A stretch of DNA of 63,878 nt, the filler included, from Choristocarpus tenellus KU-1152 (lineage: Eukaryota; Protista; Phaeophyceae), in assembly GCA_964200185.2 (NCBI GenBank). It is 9 parts of 9 records of this genome, joined end to end, with 100 filler letters (N's around TTAATTAATTAA, not from the genome) between each part and the next. Parts side by side here need not be neighbours in the genome. Positions count along the whole stretch, not along the records: positions 60,318 to 63,878 come from CAXNAD020019257.1; 8 more parts are not named here. One strand, given 5' to 3'. Under the pieces are notes generated by a model. It worked only from the letters and a program-made list of their open reading frames with translations, searched no databases and was not told the origin of the DNA. The translations under genes were made by a program, and so were the position numbers. Below are positions 60,961-63,878 of the stretch, piece by piece. Positions within the stretch are counted from its first letter, which is position 1, and each line of letters starts with the position of its first letter.

Positions 60961-63757
60961 TTACATAGGGTTTAAGGCAGAAGCACAATCATGTACTAAA
61001 TACAATGTTGATTCAAACCAATTGAGAGGAAGGCAATGTAGCATTTCAAGGATCCTGAGGAAGAGCTGGAACATGCTATTTTGTACAATTGCAGAAAGTG
61101 TCTTTGGTGAATTTACACGCCACATTGTGTGTGTTGAAAGGGAGAATATCAAATTTGCATACGCTATTGTGCACACAAAGCAATGAAAAAGTGTATTGCA
61201 CATGGTAAGAAAATTGACTCGGAATGCAGAAGGGTTCAAACCTGCCCAACTACCAATTTGTTTGGCTCTGTTGTGTACAGTTCTCTGGAGCACATAGTAT
61301 AATGTACTTTGGATATGCTAAGGGAATGTGATGTATTGTGATACCTTCAATATGAACTATCTTAATTCGCAGCAATTGTTTGTTGAACAAACCACTGTTC
61401 TTCCTCAACCCTGATGATTGGTCACCACACATATGAAACAACCACATCACATGGCTCTGGTCCAAACGTGCATCACCTCTCTCTACCCTAAGTTTCGGTG
61501 TTCAAGGTGTCAACAATGGAAGTGATGAAGGACAGTTGTCAAGGTCTGGGACAACGATTTCTGATGCCAGTCGGATGGGATCAGATTCCATGAGGTAGGA
61601 GGTGACATGGAATCGCTTTGTGATCAGGAAATACCTAAGAATGACATAGAGGGGAAAGGGTTGTTCTAAGTGTCGCGGTGAATTGAGGTATGTGCTACTG
61701 AGACACACACAGACCATCAGTCTAAATCCAAGTAAAACCAAATTAGTTATGCAATGTACAATCTATATTTTCCAAGGTGCTCGATTTGTCCTGCACTGAT
61801 TTTATTAAACGGATAATCCTGTCCTGAAAAAATGTAATACATGTACTGTTTCCTGATTTTGGGAGGACAGTACATGTGCTTCTAGCCTGGCTGAATAGAT
61901 CTTCGGAGTGATAGTGATGATATGGTAGAGCGACTGAGGGGTGTTGTACAACAAAATTATTCAATGGACTTGATGTGACATGCTAGTTACTCTGAGATTC
62001 GTACCGTAATATCTATGATACCCTGATGGTAAGGGTATGGGTAGGAGGGACACAAGGTGAAGGCAATGCAACCCTTTGTCCTCTGCTTGTTGAGATTCCA
62101 TGCCTAAATTTTTCACCAATATTAAAGGGATCTTCTTGGTGATGTCTTGGGAGGAGCAGACACTGCAGGTGGAGTCGAGGGAAGTGTTGACACTGATCCC
62201 CAATTAGGCGGCATTCCGGAGGATGTTCAACAACTCTCCAGTCAGGTGCTGATGTCTAATAATGCTATCATTTTCTCCTCAGTCTAAAGATAGGCAAGTA
62301 GGGATAAAACAAACTCAAAACGTAATAGGTCATTTCCAAGTGGGTCGAGATGTTAGTTTGGAACATTTGGTTCAACACATATAAGGTTCAACATGGAGGG
62401 TGGTGTTCATGTGCCACTCCGAAACATGTTGGAGTGGATTATTGTTCGGAGGTGCACATTAATACGGGGCATGCCATTGTAGCTGGCTCACTGTTAAGGG
62501 ACTTGATGTAGACCCCCCGTCAAATATAACAAGTTTGGGGTAAAACTGATGTTCGGTAGTGGATAGGATACAGGAAGAAAGTGGATCATACTTCCATGCA
62601 CCACTCGTCATCACTTTGAACTGTGAGCCAATGAAAACGAGAGGTGCCCAGGGTTTGGTCATGTTTCATCTTGAGCACCACTCTTGGTTCTATTGATGAA
62701 GTACTTGGATTGACTTGAAACCGTCGATTTCTCTATTACTAAAGTATTTGCGCAAAACGCAACACATTATGGTATTTTGTCTAACATGGATAAGAAAATG
62801 CACTACAAAAATCAAATTATGGAAAATGAAATTCACTATCAAAAAGGAAAAATTCAAAAACAAGAAACACCACCTGAAGGTGACCAGCAAATTCAAACCA
62901 TCTTCAGCACCGTTAGTGGGCGCCCCGTGACAAAAGAGCAATATTTGCCGTAGCCCGAGTTAGCTTCCCTCTATTTCAACCCTTCCCTGGACATTACTCA
63001 GTAGATTGAGCGATGGAGGTAGTCTTTGTCCGAATGGTGTCGACTTCTATCGCTCGCCCTGTCTGTGGCTAAAGCAAGTGGGGATCAATGCACAGGCTGA
63101 GTAATAAATGTGATTGGTCGAACGGGTTTGATGCATTGCTTTTTGGAATGAACGAGGTTAGCATTTCGCAGGACCTGAAGCAGGTTGTTTGTTTACGGTG
63201 GCACAGACAGTGGGTGAGGAGTTCTGGGTTAAAACAGGTTGAAGCATCGGTGTGAGGGTTGCCAGTACACTGTTGACAACCTCTTGGTGGGGCAGTTAAG
63301 TTTGGCTTGATACCTTATCGTGCATGGACATCCTGTTCTGGCAAGAGGTAGTCCTAGTTCCTGCCTAATGATTGGGGTTTCGACTTAGGCTGCAAAAAGG
63401 TGTGACATGCGGCTCAAAGTATCTGGGAGGGGGTGGCGGCTGTCCATTTGGGGTCAATTTTTTCATGTCGCGANNNNNNNNNNCCTGATTTTGGTCCAAT
63501 GGACACCCTTGTGTAGACCTCCCCCCCCTCCCAGATACTTTGGGTCTGCTAGCAAACACAACATGCGCATCTCCCATGGTACCCAAACCATTATGAGTAT
63601 TGTCCTTGTACAATGCAGCTTTTGTAGCATTTTGGTTGGCTAAAAAAAATGCGGATTGGTCGCTTCGATTATATAATTCCTCTATGAGATCATCATACTT
63701 TGAGTGTTGCCCAGAGGGTCTTGCCGAGGCCATAGTGCTTTTCACTATTGTTTCCAA
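60961..63757 (-). mobile_element. Decayed Ty1/Copia gag-protease-integrase
   Basis: Order gag-like (63757), VIFDGGSTS (protease, about 62510), CSVC zinc motif (about 62165), GDQSSG..GITIHHIPLAYP..LQRTVHN (integrase relic); PR-INT order is Copia-type. Confidence 0.6.
63411..63546. mobile_element. Class B MITE inserted in Copia gag, TSD TGC (internal N gap)
   Basis: TGC|GGCTCAAAGTATCTGGGA...TCCCAGATACTTTGGGTC|TGC. Confidence 0.9.
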
Positions 63758-63878
63758 CTAGAAATGAGAAATTTCATAACATTTGGTAATGAAAAACACT
63801 CTTGACCCATGTGTTGATTTGCCCTGTACAGAGGACATACATCAGGGTGCTTGGGTGTATACTGGCAGAACATGGGGC

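Overview
Eukaryotic, intron-rich, repeat-rich DNA, not prokaryotic. The window is nine unlinked contigs joined by artificial 100-bp spacers (N44-TTAATTAATTAA-N44), so adjacency across spacers has no biological meaning. An EsV-1-7-repeat protein, TTAGGG tracts and flagellar genes point to a brown alga or close stramenopile relative (inference). Host genes reconstructed by hand from GT-AG splice sites: a complete 6-exon centrin-like gene; a complete 7-exon CCDC151/ODAD3-like dynein-docking gene; partial Aquarius (AQR) spliceosomal helicase; a calponin-homology exon; an EsV-1-7 repeat gene; a Gln-rich unknown gene; and one tentative unknown gene. Mobile DNA includes decayed Ty3/Gypsy, Ty1/Copia and LINE RT, a plant-type (HVDEKWF) mariner with Stowaway-like MITEs, two tRNA-like relics and a decayed coiled-coil/PHD/OTU/Ulp1-like element. 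The most novel-looking signal is an abundant non-autonomous TIR-element group. Its four size classes (about 45, 170, 258 and 298 bp) share a G(A/G)(C/G)(C/T)CAAAGTA terminus and make 3-bp target duplications of variable sequence. It includes a 47-bp micro-element sitting on an apparent 3' splice site and a triple self-nested insertion at the same internal site. CpG-rich gene 5' ends versus CpG-poor gene bodies suggest CG methylation. No CRISPR array or intact RNA gene was found.
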